NCBI GenBank assembly: GCA_002366755.1 | Contig: DFBV01000018.1 | Coordinates: 15,508-64,134, forward strand | Direction of reading: 5' to 3' | Origin: Anaerolineales bacterium UBA3071 | Lineage (GTDB): Bacteria > Chloroflexota > Anaerolineae > UBA3071 | Length of the DNA: 48,627 nt | Part shown: in pieces, positions 1-8,328 of the stretch | How the letters are laid out: each line of letters opens with the position of its first letter | How positions within the stretch are numbered: the stretch's first letter is position 1 | Notes under the pieces: model-generated | Told to the model about the DNA's origin: nothing | Seen by the model: only the letters and a program-made list of their open reading frames with translations | Databases searched by the model: none | Position numbers and translations under genes: made by a program

Positions 1-1209
1 GTGGCCACCACCCTCAGCGGGCTCGAGGATGGCATCGAGTCCACCTCTGCGGAAGTGGCCATCGTCGATGCCGAGCTGCTGCTGGGGCGGGGGGAGGCAG
101 GCATCATCGACTTCCTGACCCACCAACTGGGCAGGACGGTCGCCGTGGTGCTCCTGCCCCCTGGTCTCCAGGGTATGCAGGGACAGATCTTAGAGCTGGC
201 CCAAGTGCGGGAGGTGCTGCTGAAGCCCCCTGGCGTGGGAGAGCTGCTGAAGCGCTGCCACGACATCGGCGTCTCCGAGCGGGCCTCCCGCTCGGCCCTG
301 GAGCCGCGAGGGGTGATGCAGGCTGCCGTCCCTCGCCACCGGGCGGGGATGGATGGAGGCGGCGCCAGCGTGGGCGGCACCAACATCTTCGCCCTCATGT
401 CCATCAAGGGCGGCACGGGCAAGACCACCATAGCCTGCAACTACGCCTACGCCTTGCAACTGGCGGGCATCCGCACCTGCCTGATGGGCTTCGACGTGCC
501 CGACGACATCGGCGTCTACCTGGGGCTGGCGCAGGCGCCCAACAGTTCCTACTTCTACCAGCGTCCCACACGGGACGCCTTCGCGGCCAGCATTCAGGAG
601 TACCACGGCCTGGACGTGGTGCTCTCGCCCAACGACGCCGTGCTGGCGGCCGAGGTGGCGCAGCGGGATCCGGACACCGACGAGGGAGCCATCGGGCGCG
701 TCATCGACACCGCTCGCACCCACCACCCTCCCTACGCGGCCATGGTTCTGGACCTGCCGCCGACCTACAGCGAGTGGGGCCTGCAGCCACTGACGCGAGC
801 CAACACCGTGCTGGTGGTGGCCACACCCAACATCTCCGACGCCATCAAGCTGGTGCGGCAACTACAAACGATCACCGAGCGGTTCGATCCCCGCTACCTC
901 ATCCCGAAAAGCGCCATCTACCTGGTGCTCAACGACCAACGGCGAGAGGACAACATGCCCGCCACGGCCATACAGGAGATCCTGGCCGACCATCTGAACG
1001 GCTGGGCGCCGCCGGTGATCGCCACCATCCCGCACGATACGCAGGTGAGGCCCTTGCAGAACCGGGGCTCGCTGCCCTACCGGAGGCTGGAGGGGTTCAC
1101 CCGTGGCGTCAACACGCTGGTGGATCACTTCTACGGCCAGGTGCTGGGATCAGGCGGAGCGGCGAGGGCCACGAAGCGGAGTTGGCTGCCGAGGATAAGG
1201 ATTCGCTGA
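1..1209 (+). CDS. tadZ: TadZ/CpaE-like pilus assembly ATPase (ParA/MinD family); N-terminus may lie upstream of the window
   Basis: ORF is open from base 1. Deviant Walker A SIKGGTGKTT at about aa 134. Lies directly upstream of tadA/tadB/tadC-like genes. Confidence 0.8.
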   Translation: MATTLSGLEDGIESTSAEVAIVDAELLLGRGEAGIIDFLTHQLGRTVAVVLLPPGLQGMQGQILELAQVREVLLKPPGVGELLKRCHDIGVSERASRSALEPRGVMQAAVPRHRAGMDGGGASVGGTNIFALMSIKGGTGKTTIACNYAYALQLAGIRTCLMGFDVPDDIGVYLGLAQAPNSSYFYQRPTRDAFAASIQEYHGLDVVLSPNDAVLAAEVAQRDPDTDEGAIGRVIDTARTHHPPYAAMVLDLPPTYSEWGLQPLTRANTVLVVATPNISDAIKLVRQLQTITERFDPRYLIPKSAIYLVLNDQRREDNMPATAIQEILADHLNGWAPPVIATIPHDTQVRPLQNRGSLPYRRLEGFTRGVNTLVDHFYGQVLGSGGAARATKRSWLPRIRIR

Positions 1210-1292
1210 TCGCGCATCGCTATTCGCATATCGCTGATCGCGTATCACACATCGTGCAATGCGATAGGCGATAGGCAATGAGCGATAGGCGA
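1203..1292. repeat. Low-complexity ATCGC/GCGATAGG block in the tadZ-tadA gap
   Basis: CGCTGATCGCG / ATCGCTATTCGC units, followed by GCGATAGGCGATAGGC units that are partly complementary. Confidence 0.6.
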
Positions 1293-1304
1293 GGGGAGGT
1301 GCTT

Positions 1305-2603
1305 ATGACTACAACAACACCAGGCGTTTCACGCTACATGGGCCAGGCAGCGGAGATACCGGATATAGACGAGGCTGCCCTGTCGGAAGTCATCGCTGGC
1401 GTGCTGCAGCGGGTCAACACGGAGTTCTCCCCCGATGAGATCCTGGCCCCCTCAGACGCCATCCGGCGGCAAATCGGCGAGCGCATCGCCGTGCTCACCC
1501 GCGGGCAACTGCGCCGTCACAACCTGATCACGGCCTTCAGCTCAGCTCAGGAGCAGGCCCTCATCAGTCGCATCATCCACCAGACGATGGGGCTGGGCTT
1601 CCTGGAGGATCTGCTGCCGCCGGCGCGCACCGACGTCTCGGAGATCCTGCTCAACCAGGATGGCTCTCTGTGGGTCATGCCCCGCGGTGTGCGGCGGGCC
1701 CAGCGCGTGGATACCCAGCTCACCCCCGCCGACGTGCGGCTGGTGATCGACAAACTGCTGGGCCCGCAGGCCAGGGCCTTGAGCGAAGCCAACCCCGTCG
1801 TGGAGGCCAAGCTGCCCCGGGGGGTTCGGTTGCCGGCCGGGGCGCGGGTGAACATTGTCGGGTTGCCCATCGCCAACGGGCCCTTTCCCATCGTCAACAT
1901 CCGGCTCTACGAAGACAGGCCGGTGAAGCCGGAGCAGATCCTGGCCTGGAGGATGGCCAGCCCGGAGATCATGGAGTTCCTGGCTGAGCTCATCGGCCGC
2001 GACACCGGGCGGGTCGTGATCTCCGGTGGCACGAGCACGGGCAAGACGACTTTCCTGAGTTGTCTCTGCAACTACATCAACCCTAAGGCACGCATCGTGC
2101 TCATCGAGGACCCGGCGGAGATCTTCGTCGACCATCCGCATGTGGTCTCCATGGAGGCCCGGCCGGCCAGTGTGGAGGGCAAGTACGGCGTGCCCCTGGG
2201 AGCGCTGGTGACCACGGCCATGCGCCAGAGCCCGGAGTGGTTGGTGGTGGGGGAGGTGCGCACGGGGCAGGCTGCGGTGTGGCTGCTGCGAGCCCAGATG
2301 TCCGATCATCCAGGGCTCTCCACCATCCACGCTGAGACCCCCAGGGCGGCCATCGATACGCTGTGCCTGCTGGCGCTCCTGGACATGGACGTGCGCTTCC
2401 AGGCCACCAAGACACTCATCACTCAGGCCATTCGCTACTTCGTGCAGATCGGCTTCGACGGCCACCACATCCGGCGGGTGATACAAGTGACCCACGTGGA
2501 GCCGGCCTTGAAGCACGGGGAGGTCTTCCTCAACGACGTTTTCCGCTTCGATGCCAAGGCGTCGACGGCTGAGAGGCCTGTGTGGAACAGAGTAGACAAG
2601 TAA
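1305..2603 (+). CDS. tadA: CpaF/TadA-type secretion ATPase
   Basis: Walker A GGTSTGKTT and a T2SS/T4SS E-type ATPase core. Start taken at ATG 1305 behind a GGGGAGG SD (track ORF begins at 1278). Confidence 0.9.
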   Translation: MTTTTPGVSRYMGQAAEIPDIDEAALSEVIAGVLQRVNTEFSPDEILAPSDAIRRQIGERIAVLTRGQLRRHNLITAFSSAQEQALISRIIHQTMGLGFLEDLLPPARTDVSEILLNQDGSLWVMPRGVRRAQRVDTQLTPADVRLVIDKLLGPQARALSEANPVVEAKLPRGVRLPAGARVNIVGLPIANGPFPIVNIRLYEDRPVKPEQILAWRMASPEIMEFLAELIGRDTGRVVISGGTSTGKTTFLSCLCNYINPKARIVLIEDPAEIFVDHPHVVSMEARPASVEGKYGVPLGALVTTAMRQSPEWLVVGEVRTGQAAVWLLRAQMSDHPGLSTIHAETPRAAIDTLCLLALLDMDVRFQATKTLITQAIRYFVQIGFDGHHIRRVIQVTHVEPALKHGEVFLNDVFRFDAKASTAERPVWNRVDK

Positions 2604-2680
2604 ACAAGGAAACAAGTAGACAAGGGGCCTTGTTCCTTGCTCCCCCTTGTTTCCCTGTCTACTTGTGTACTTGTGTACCT
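2592..2680. repeat. Long hairpin built from GTAGACAAG/GAAACAAG words (tadA-tadB gap)
   Basis: GTAGACAAGTAAACAAGGAAACAAGTAGACAAGG faces CCTTGTTTCCCTGTCTACTTGTGTAC. Confidence 0.75.
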
Positions 2681-2699
2681 GCAAGAAAGGAGAATACTC

Positions 2700-3635
2700 A
2701 TGGACAAGATCTTTAGCTACATACCCACCTTCCCACCAGCGACCATCGCCTTGCTCGCTGCCATCTGGGTGGGCTGGCTGGTCTGGGAATTCGCAGGGAG
2801 AAGTACGTTCTTCGCCAGTCGCGCTCGCAAGCGGGCGGCGGAGATCCTCAGCGGGGATGCCGCGCTGGAGGACATGGCCCGCACCCCTCTGGAGCGGGAC
2901 TTGCGGGCCTCCGGGTTCAACCTGGGAGAGGGGGCGCCGGCCAAGTTCACGATGATCCGCCTGGGGCTGGCTGCTGTGGGCTACGTCCTGATGACCGCCT
3001 TCAACACGCCGCCCATCATCGCCCTGGTGGGTGCGGGGCTGGCCTCCTGGTTTCCTCGCTCCTACATCGCCGGGCGGGCCCAGGGGCGGGGACGCCAAAT
3101 CGACGAGGAGATGCCGGCCACACTGACCCGCGTGGCCTCGCTCATCAACCTGCAGCCCGACGTGATCGAGCTGCTGGCCCAGGTAGCCAACTCGCTGCTG
3201 GCGGCCAATCCCGGCTCGCTCCTGGCCCAGGAATTGAAGACCACGGTGGCTCAGGCACGCACCTCCGGGGCGGAGCAAGCCCTGCAGGATCTGGAGCTTC
3301 GCGCCCCTTCGACGGCCTTAGCCTCGCTGGCCTTTTCCCTGCGCACCTACGCCCAGGCCGGTGGCGCGTATGCCAGTGTGCTCATCCAGTCGGCGCAGCG
3401 GTCGCGGGCCATCATCGCCGGGCGCAACCGGGCGCGTTCCAAGTCGGCGGAGGCTACCACGGCAGCCAAGGCCATCCCCTTGTTGCTCTTGGCGGTGAGC
3501 GTCGTGCTGTTGCAGGATCCCATCTTCCGCCAGTTCTACAGATCCTTCGCCGGCCAGGTGGTGGTGGTGGGCACGGTCATGGCCATGCTCTACGGGTACA
3601 CTGTCATCAAGAGCATGGTCGAGGACGTGGGGTGA
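2700..3635 (+). CDS. tadB: TadB-like (T2SS F-family) inner membrane pilus platform protein
   Basis: Polytopic membrane protein following tadA. AAAGGAG SD lies before ATG 2700. Confidence 0.8.
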   Translation: MDKIFSYIPTFPPATIALLAAIWVGWLVWEFAGRSTFFASRARKRAAEILSGDAALEDMARTPLERDLRASGFNLGEGAPAKFTMIRLGLAAVGYVLMTAFNTPPIIALVGAGLASWFPRSYIAGRAQGRGRQIDEEMPATLTRVASLINLQPDVIELLAQVANSLLAANPGSLLAQELKTTVAQARTSGAEQALQDLELRAPSTALASLAFSLRTYAQAGGAYASVLIQSAQRSRAIIAGRNRARSKSAEATTAAKAIPLLLLAVSVVLLQDPIFRQFYRSFAGQVVVVGTVMAMLYGYTVIKSMVEDVG

Positions 3636-3723
3636 AGTAGACAAGGAAACAAGTACACAAGTAGACAAGGAGTAGCAAGGAATAAGTCCTTGTCTACTTG
3701 TTTCCTTATGTACTTGTCTACTT
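3636..3723. repeat. Second copy of the GTAGACAAG-word hairpin (after tadB)
   Basis: AGTAGACAAGGAAACAAGTACACAAGTAGACAAGG ... CCTTGTCTACTTGTTTCCTTATGTACTTGTCTACT. Confidence 0.75.
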
Positions 3724-3746
3724 CCCTACCCGAACCCGAGGTAATT

Positions 3747-4169
3747 ATGCCAACACCACAACTCGTATCTGCTTTACTGTGCGCCGACGTGCTCACCAAC
3801 CCTGGGGGGCGGCTAAGCATCTACAACATACTGCTGGACGTCTCTGCCGAGCGTTTCCCCACCGTGCTGCCCTACTTGGTGGCTGTGGGCATCTGGATGC
3901 ACGAAGCGCCGGACATGCGCTTCTGCACCACGCGGGTGGTGATCGTCAATCCTGACGGGAACGTGTCACTGGCCGAATCCACGGATAACTTCTCCTTGGG
4001 CGGGGCCGTGGTGCGCCACGTCTCGGTACACCGCTTTCGCGGCGTGCTGCTGCCAGAGCCGGGGACCTATCGCCTGCAGTTCCTGCTGGGAACAGAGGTG
4101 CTGCAAGACATCCCGCTGGTGGCTGTGGAGATCCCCGCCGAGGAAGAAGAAGAAACCGATGCTAACTGA
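3747..4169 (+). CDS. Hypothetical protein with acidic C-terminal tail, inserted between tadB and tadC
   Basis: 140-aa ORF (MPTPQLVSALL...EEEEETDAN) in coding-like GC3 context. No motif I recognise. Start at 3747 is just downstream of the long hairpin. Confidence 0.5.
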   Translation: MPTPQLVSALLCADVLTNPGGRLSIYNILLDVSAERFPTVLPYLVAVGIWMHEAPDMRFCTTRVVIVNPDGNVSLAESTDNFSLGGAVVRHVSVHRFRGVLLPEPGTYRLQFLLGTEVLQDIPLVAVEIPAEEEEETDAN

Positions 4170-4181
4170 AAGGAGGCTCTC

Positions 4182-5060
4182 ATGCCTACACTTATCGCTC
4201 TGCTAGCCGCCGGCTACGGTGGCTGGCTCTTCTACAATTTCGCCCCGTTGAGCAAGGGCTACTGGGCCCGGCGGGCCAACGTCCTGCTATCTGAAGCCGA
4301 GGAGCAAGAGGACCTGCCCTTCTACCGGGCTATCCTGCTGCCCGTCGCCGGTCTGGTGCAGCGCTTCGCTCCCGCGGCCTGGCTCCTGGGGGCCAAGGCC
4401 GACCTCTACTGGGCCCATCTCGCCGGCTCCTGGCTGGGCTGGGAGAGCGGCGACTTCTGGGCCCTGCGGCTGGTGCTGTGCATCCTGGGACTGGCCTATG
4501 GCCTCTTCGTCATGCGCCAGCCTTACGTCGGCGCTCTCGTTGGGGCCATCGGGCTGCTCTATCCTGGTATGCGGCTGCATGGCCAGGCGGAGAAGGTGCG
4601 GAGGCGCTTTCTGCAGGAGCTCCCCGATGCGGCGCAGAACCTGGCCATGTTGGCCGCCGTGGGAACCTCCGTGGGTGAGGCGCTGCGCCGCCTGGCCCAG
4701 GGCCAGGGATTGGTCAGCCAATGGATGCGGCAGACGCTGGCCCTGGCCGCTGGGCAGCAGTTCTTCTCCGCCAGCGAGCGAGAGAAGGGCTTCTTGCGCC
4801 AACGGGCGGAGGAAAGCCGGCTGCCGGCCTTGATCAACCTGGCCGTGCAGCTGGATCTGGTGCAGCGCAGCGGTGCGGAGGCGGGGAACCTGTTGGGCGA
4901 CCTGGCCACCAACGTCGCTCAGGCCTACGAGGGGGAGATGTCCGAGCGGGCGGAGAAACTGGGGGCCACTCTGGTCTTCCCCACCATGATCTTCTACTTC
5001 ATTCCCTACATGATCACCATCCTGGCCCCAGTGGCCGTCAGTGTCATGCAGGGGTTCTAA
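4182..5060 (+). CDS. tadC: TadC-like (T2SS F-family) membrane protein
   Basis: AAAGGAGG SD. Membrane protein with an F-type helical cytoplasmic domain, paralogous in architecture to the tadB-like gene. Confidence 0.8.
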   Translation: MPTLIALLAAGYGGWLFYNFAPLSKGYWARRANVLLSEAEEQEDLPFYRAILLPVAGLVQRFAPAAWLLGAKADLYWAHLAGSWLGWESGDFWALRLVLCILGLAYGLFVMRQPYVGALVGAIGLLYPGMRLHGQAEKVRRRFLQELPDAAQNLAMLAAVGTSVGEALRRLAQGQGLVSQWMRQTLALAAGQQFFSASEREKGFLRQRAEESRLPALINLAVQLDLVQRSGAEAGNLLGDLATNVAQAYEGEMSERAEKLGATLVFPTMIFYFIPYMITILAPVAVSVMQGF

Positions 5061-5064
5061 AATT

Positions 5065-5166
5065 GGGGGATGGAGGATGGAGGATGGAGGATGGAGAATG
5101 GAAGACAGAGGGAAGCGGGACGGAAAGTAGATATCCATTTTCCAACTTCCAACTTCCAATCTCCAG
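5065..5166. repeat. Hairpin of GGAGGATG tandem units versus TTCCAAC tandem units (after tadC)
   Basis: (GGAGGATG)x3-GGAGAATGGAAG ... CCATTTTCCAACTTCCAACTTCCAATCTCCAG. Confidence 0.7.
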
Positions 5167-5746
5167 TTTGGCCGCGGCGTTGTGGCTGTTCTTGGCCCTG
5201 GTCTTTTTAGATCAGGCGAGAGGGGAGCCCTTGCTTGCGGGCAGGCTCCTGGCTTGGGGGCTGGCGCTGCAGAACGGCCTGCTGGCCTTGCTCTTCGTCC
5301 TGCGCCGGGAAGCGAAACGCACGGCCGGTGCAGGGGCTTTCTTGCTGGCCCTGGCGGTGACGGCAGCTTCGTGGTTCTTCCGCCCTGCGGCGCTGGGCCC
5401 AAAGAGCCTGGGACTGGCCTTGGAACTGATCGCCCTTCCCTGGCTGATAGCCTCGCTGCTCTCCCTGGGGCCGGCGCTGGGCATGGCCCCTGCGGATCGG
5501 GGCTTGCGTACTGGCGGGATGTATCAGATCGTGCGCCATCCGCTGTACACGGGGGAACTGCTCGTTGCCCTGGGCTACGTCGTGGGCAACCCCAGCTTGG
5601 GGAACGGTCTGATCTGGTTGCTGATCCTGGCGGGCCAACTGCTGCGCATCCGCCGTGAGGAGCGGCTGCTGAGCGAGCAGTATCCTGACGCTTACACCGC
5701 CTACCGCCGCCGCGTGCGCTGGAGACTTCTGCCCTTCCTGATTTGA
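5084..5746 (+). CDS. ICMT/PEMT-family membrane methyltransferase
   Basis: C-terminal MYQIVRHPLYTGELL...RIRREERLL...Y..Y matches the isoprenylcysteine carboxyl / phospholipid methyltransferase signature. Start is uncertain: ATG 5084 lies inside the hairpin repeat, TTG 5168 is the alternative. Confidence 0.7.
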   Translation: MEDGEWKTEGSGTESRYPFSNFQLPISSLAAALWLFLALVFLDQARGEPLLAGRLLAWGLALQNGLLALLFVLRREAKRTAGAGAFLLALAVTAASWFFRPAALGPKSLGLALELIALPWLIASLLSLGPALGMAPADRGLRTGGMYQIVRHPLYTGELLVALGYVVGNPSLGNGLIWLLILAGQLLRIRREERLLSEQYPDAYTAYRRRVRWRLLPFLI

Positions 5747-5771
5747 CAAGGAAGTGAAGCTATGCTATACT
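5743..5771 (+). promoter_or_regulatory. Sigma70-type promoter TTGACA-17 nt-TATACT
   Basis: TTGACA at 5743-5748 (overlaps the methyltransferase stop codon), a 17-nt spacer, then TATACT at 5766-5771. Confidence 0.5.
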
Positions 5772-5777
5772 ATGCCA

Positions 5778-5892
5778 GCAACAACAATCGAATAGCTTTC
5801 TGTGACGCCCTTGCCGCCGTACTTCGTGGCAAGCTACCTGTGACGACCCTTTGGCGCGTGTTCGCGCGCCCATGACGGTCGTCCTTTTTTTT
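5778..5892 (+). ncRNA. Candidate ~115-nt small RNA or attenuating leader upstream of flp
   Basis: A near-consensus promoter is followed about 115 nt later by a strong intrinsic terminator. No ORF in between. Internal hairpin CTTGCC...GGCAAG. Confidence 0.4.
5842..5892 (+). terminator. Intrinsic terminator
   Basis: GACGACC (5842-5848) pairs with GGTCGTC (5877-5883). Inner GGCGCG/CGCGCC stem. T8 run at 5885-5892. Confidence 0.75.
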
Positions 5893-5979
5893 GGCATCCG
5901 CGGCGACAGCCGCTTTCAGGTGCGGGCAGCGCACCGCTAGTCCAACAATCTATATCATCACACAACAGGAGGTCAACAC

Positions 5980-6126
5980 ATGCGATTTCTCAAAGATGTA
6001 CGCGCCGCCGAGTTCAGCGAGGTGGCCCTGGTTCTGGCTCTGGTGATCGTCGTTGCCATCGGGGCCTACTCGCTCCTGGGCGGCAACATCAGCCAGATCA
6101 TCACCGAAGTTGCCGGTTCGCTCTGA
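5980..6126 (+). CDS. flp: Flp/Fap-family type IVb prepilin (48 aa, not in ORF track)
   Basis: AGGAGG SD then ATG at 5980. MRFLKDVRAAEFSEVALVLALVIVVAIGAY... resembles the Caulobacter PilA RFLKDESGATAIEYGLIVALIAVVIV layout (from memory). Stop is 2 nt before the tadE-like start. Confidence 0.75.
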   Translation: MRFLKDVRAAEFSEVALVLALVIVVAIGAYSLLGGNISQIITEVAGSL

Positions 6127-6128
6127 TC

Positions 6129-6554
6129 ATGCGACGCTTTCGCTTTCTCCGCTCCAGAAGGGGGGCTGAGTTTGTCGAAGCGGCGGTGACCATCCCCATC
6201 GTGGTGCTGGTCATGCTGGCCATCGTGCAGTTCGGCATGGTGGTCTACGCCTCGCAGATGGCCAGTGAGGCCGCACGGCATGGCGTCCGCTGGGGCGCGG
6301 TGGCCCAGGCTAACCAGGCTGGCATCGCTGCTAGCCAGGCTGCCGGCTTTGCCAGCTCTGCCTTCTCCATGGGCAGTCCGCGGGTCTCGGTCCTGGCCCC
6401 TGGTGGGGTGCTGGGCTCCAACATCAAGCTGCGCGTCAGCTACGAGGTGCCCAACTTCATCGGTGGCCTGGCCGGGCTCTTCCCGGGCCTGCCCAGTGGA
6501 CCGTTCCAGGTGATCGGCGAGGCCACCATGCGGCAGGAAGGCTGGTTGCAATGA
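6129..6554 (+). CDS. tadE: TadE-like pseudopilin
   Basis: N-terminal RGAEFVEAAVTIPIVVLVMLAIVQFG is a TadE/G-type motif. Lies in the Tad locus. Confidence 0.75.
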   Translation: MRRFRFLRSRRGAEFVEAAVTIPIVVLVMLAIVQFGMVVYASQMASEAARHGVRWGAVAQANQAGIAASQAAGFASSAFSMGSPRVSVLAPGGVLGSNIKLRVSYEVPNFIGGLAGLFPGLPSGPFQVIGEATMRQEGWLQ

Positions 6555-7060
6555 GTACCCGGTCTACAGTAGTGATTCGTCGGAGGGGCTATCGTCGCGC
6601 TGCCCGGCCCCTTCGGCGACACTTCAGACGAGCCTTCTGGCGGGACCGCGTCGCCTATTCCTTCACCTTCTGGGCCGTCTTCGTTGCCCTGGTCTTAGGC
6701 CCCTTGTTCGCCTTCTCAACCGAACTGGGGCGCTATGCCCGCGCCGTGAGTGAGGTACAGAAAGCGGCCGACGCTGCGGCGCTGGCCGGCGTGCGGGAGG
6801 TGGACGTCGCCCTGTGGCAGGAGGGGGAGGAGTTCGCCTTCCTTCCCTCAGCCTATGGTCTGGCCCAGCAGTATGCCAGCGAGAATGCGGCCTACCTGGG
6901 GCAGTATGGCATTGGGGTCTCGGTCACCGGCATCTGGATCAACGCAGACCTGCAGATCGTGGGCTCTCGATGTCGGGCCGACGTCTCGCTCCTCTTCCCA
7001 CGATGGGTTCCCCAGGTGGTCATCGAGCGCCAGGGAACCGCCCAGGTGGGATGGCGGTAG
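6551..7060 (+). CDS. TadE/TadG-like pilus assembly protein
   Basis: Overlaps the preceding stop (ATGA). N-terminal TM segment then AADAAALAG motif, typical of TadG-like proteins. Confidence 0.65.
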   Translation: MSTRSTVVIRRRGYRRAARPLRRHFRRAFWRDRVAYSFTFWAVFVALVLGPLFAFSTELGRYARAVSEVQKAADAAALAGVREVDVALWQEGEEFAFLPSAYGLAQQYASENAAYLGQYGIGVSVTGIWINADLQIVGSRCRADVSLLFPRWVPQVVIERQGTAQVGWR

Positions 7061-7139
7061 TGGCTGATAGCTGATGGCTCGCTGCGCTCAATAGCTGATA
7101 GCTTATGGCCATTGGCTATCTGCCATCTGCCATCGGCTA
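7061..7139. repeat. Hairpin of GCTGATAGC words versus GCCATCTGCC words
   Basis: GGCTGATAGCTGATGGC...AGCTGATAGCTTATGGCCATTGGCTATCTGCCATCTGCCATCGGC. Confidence 0.65.
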
Positions 7140-7388
7140 GGCAAGGTAGTTCCAGCATCGCCGCTCTCCTGAGTTGGCCCACGTGGGCGTAGGGAGGCGA
7201 GGCGGGGCTGTTACTATACGCAGGCAGGTCGTTCGGATCCGGCGTCATTCGCACCGTCAAGCCGCCCAAGCTATATGGTCATATGTCGCCGGGCGAGAAC
7301 CGAAGACGACCAGATCACTGTCTTCCAGATGGTGGTCTGTGGCCACACGTGACGCATCCCCGTGACGAAACAACCGGGTGCAAGCGGG

Positions 7389-7446
7389 CCCTGTGAAATA
7401 ACGATGGCGATGTGACTTGTACCGTCGCCTTGCTTATTTCACAGGG
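7389..7446. repeat. 13-bp perfect inverted repeat CCCTGTGAAATAA / TTATTTCACAGGG
   Basis: Arms at 7389-7401 and 7434-7446, with a partly paired interior. Confidence 0.7.
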
Positions 7447-7449
7447 CGG

Positions 7450-7561
7450 GGAGCTCGGTGTGGATCTTGAGCAGAGGAGCAGAGGTGCCAGGGTGCGGAG
7501 GAGAGTTCTCCTTTGCTCCCCTGCTCCCCATGTCCTCTGCTCAGGTTCCCCACCGAGTTCC
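7450..7561. repeat. ~110-nt hairpin of GAGCAGAGG words
   Basis: GGAGCTCGGTGTGG...GAGCAGAGGAGCAGAGG ... CCTCTGCTC...CCCCACCGAGTTCC. Confidence 0.65.
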
Positions 7562-7701
7562 ATTCAAACGCTTGGATCTTGGTGGCAAAATGTGACGACT
7601 CTGCTTCTGAAAAAAAAGGAAGCAGATCTCGTTTTCCGAATCGGCTTGCCTGCCAATCTCGGCAGTCTCCGAACCTTAACAACACCATAGGGAGGCAAGT
7701 T

Positions 7702-7914
7702 ATGAACCGAGGTTTGAACGCGCATGGTCTCCTCCTCCGCGTTGTCATCGGGCTGGTGGTAGCCCTTGCCGTTGGTTTGGCAGGAGCAACCATCGACTGG
7801 TGTCAGGCTCCAGGAGGAGCCTGCCCCCAGGGGGCAGAAGTTGTCGATAGGATTTCTGCTTCGTGGGGGAGGCTGCTGCTCTGGAACACAAGTTCAAGCA
7901 TCGTTCCTAAATAA
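7702..7914 (+). CDS. Small (70 aa) membrane/secreted hypothetical protein
   Basis: GGGAGG SD 6 nt before ATG 7702. N-terminal hydrophobic helix LLLRVVIGLVVALAVGLAGA. Confidence 0.4.
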   Translation: MNRGLNAHGLLLRVVIGLVVALAVGLAGATIDWCQAPGGACPQGAEVVDRISASWGRLLLWNTSSSIVPK

Positions 7915-7960
7915 AGTTCCCAAATGAATGCCAGCAGGGACAGAAACAGGAGGTTTTCTC

Positions 7961-8107
7961 GTGAGCGACATGATCGCCCAGGCCGTTCTGCTGGCCATTC
8001 AGGTCTTGGCCTTTCTCTTCATCGCCAAGCCCTGGCTGCTCCGTCAGCTCCGCATCATCGGCGGCCTGGCGGATGCCATTCAGCAGATCGTCGCCGTTCT
8101 TCGATGA
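7961..8107 (+). CDS. Small (48 aa) hydrophobic hypothetical protein (not in ORF track)
   Basis: AGGAGG SD 7 nt before GTG 7961. One TM-like helix. Followed by the terminator at 8173. Confidence 0.35.
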   Translation: MSDMIAQAVLLAIQVLAFLFIAKPWLLRQLRIIGGLADAIQQIVAVLR

Positions 8108-8172
8108 GGCCCCCTTGTATGGAGTGAGCCACGTGGCTATCCAGCCTCATCTCCCTGCAATCTGTATCACAG

Positions 8173-8201
8173 GCCCCGGGATCTCCCGGGGCTGTTTCGT
8201 T
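8173..8201 (+). terminator. Intrinsic terminator
   Basis: GCCCCGGG-atct-CCCGGGGC stem followed by TGTTTCGTT. Confidence 0.6.
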
Positions 8202-8245
8202 GTGGGATGGTCAGGTGGGGAGTTCGAGGGGTCTGGACCAAAGAC

Positions 8246-8272
8246 GAGCGCCCGGTGACAAACCGGGCGCTC
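8246..8272. terminator. Perfect 10-bp hairpin, possible bidirectional terminator
   Basis: GAGCGCCCGG-tgacaaa-CCGGGCGCTC between convergent genes. Confidence 0.45.
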
Positions 8273-8328
8273 CAGACAACCTCCGCAGAGGGGGTTCCCC
8301 CTCCGTCAGACAACAGGAGGCATAGCTA

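Noticed and set aside
1542-3278. 578-aa minus-strand ORF. Similar long antisense ORFs include 190-861, 4287-5402, 13113-13922, 16284-17177, 30611-31414, 41590-43356, 46625-47227 and 47549-48463.
   Set aside because: They are Arg/Gly/Pro-rich with no motifs, and they lie exactly opposite genes with clear family signatures. These are typical shadow ORFs of GC-rich coding DNA.
5778-5892. c-di-GMP riboswitch upstream of the pilin gene.
   Set aside because: I could not find the conserved GEMM-I (…ACGCAAAGC…) or class II core elements by eye. It is kept only as an unclassified sRNA/leader candidate.
7215-7260. tRNA-like T-arm string GTTCGGATCC.
   Set aside because: The flanks do not form a 5-bp T stem, the loop lacks the conserved A58 position, and no acceptor, D or anticodon arms can be drawn.
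1203-7561. Possibility that the repetitive intergenic blocks are CRISPR arrays.
   Set aside because: There is no constant repeat separated by unique spacers of regular length. Each block is a self-complementary run of very short words. No cas genes are present.
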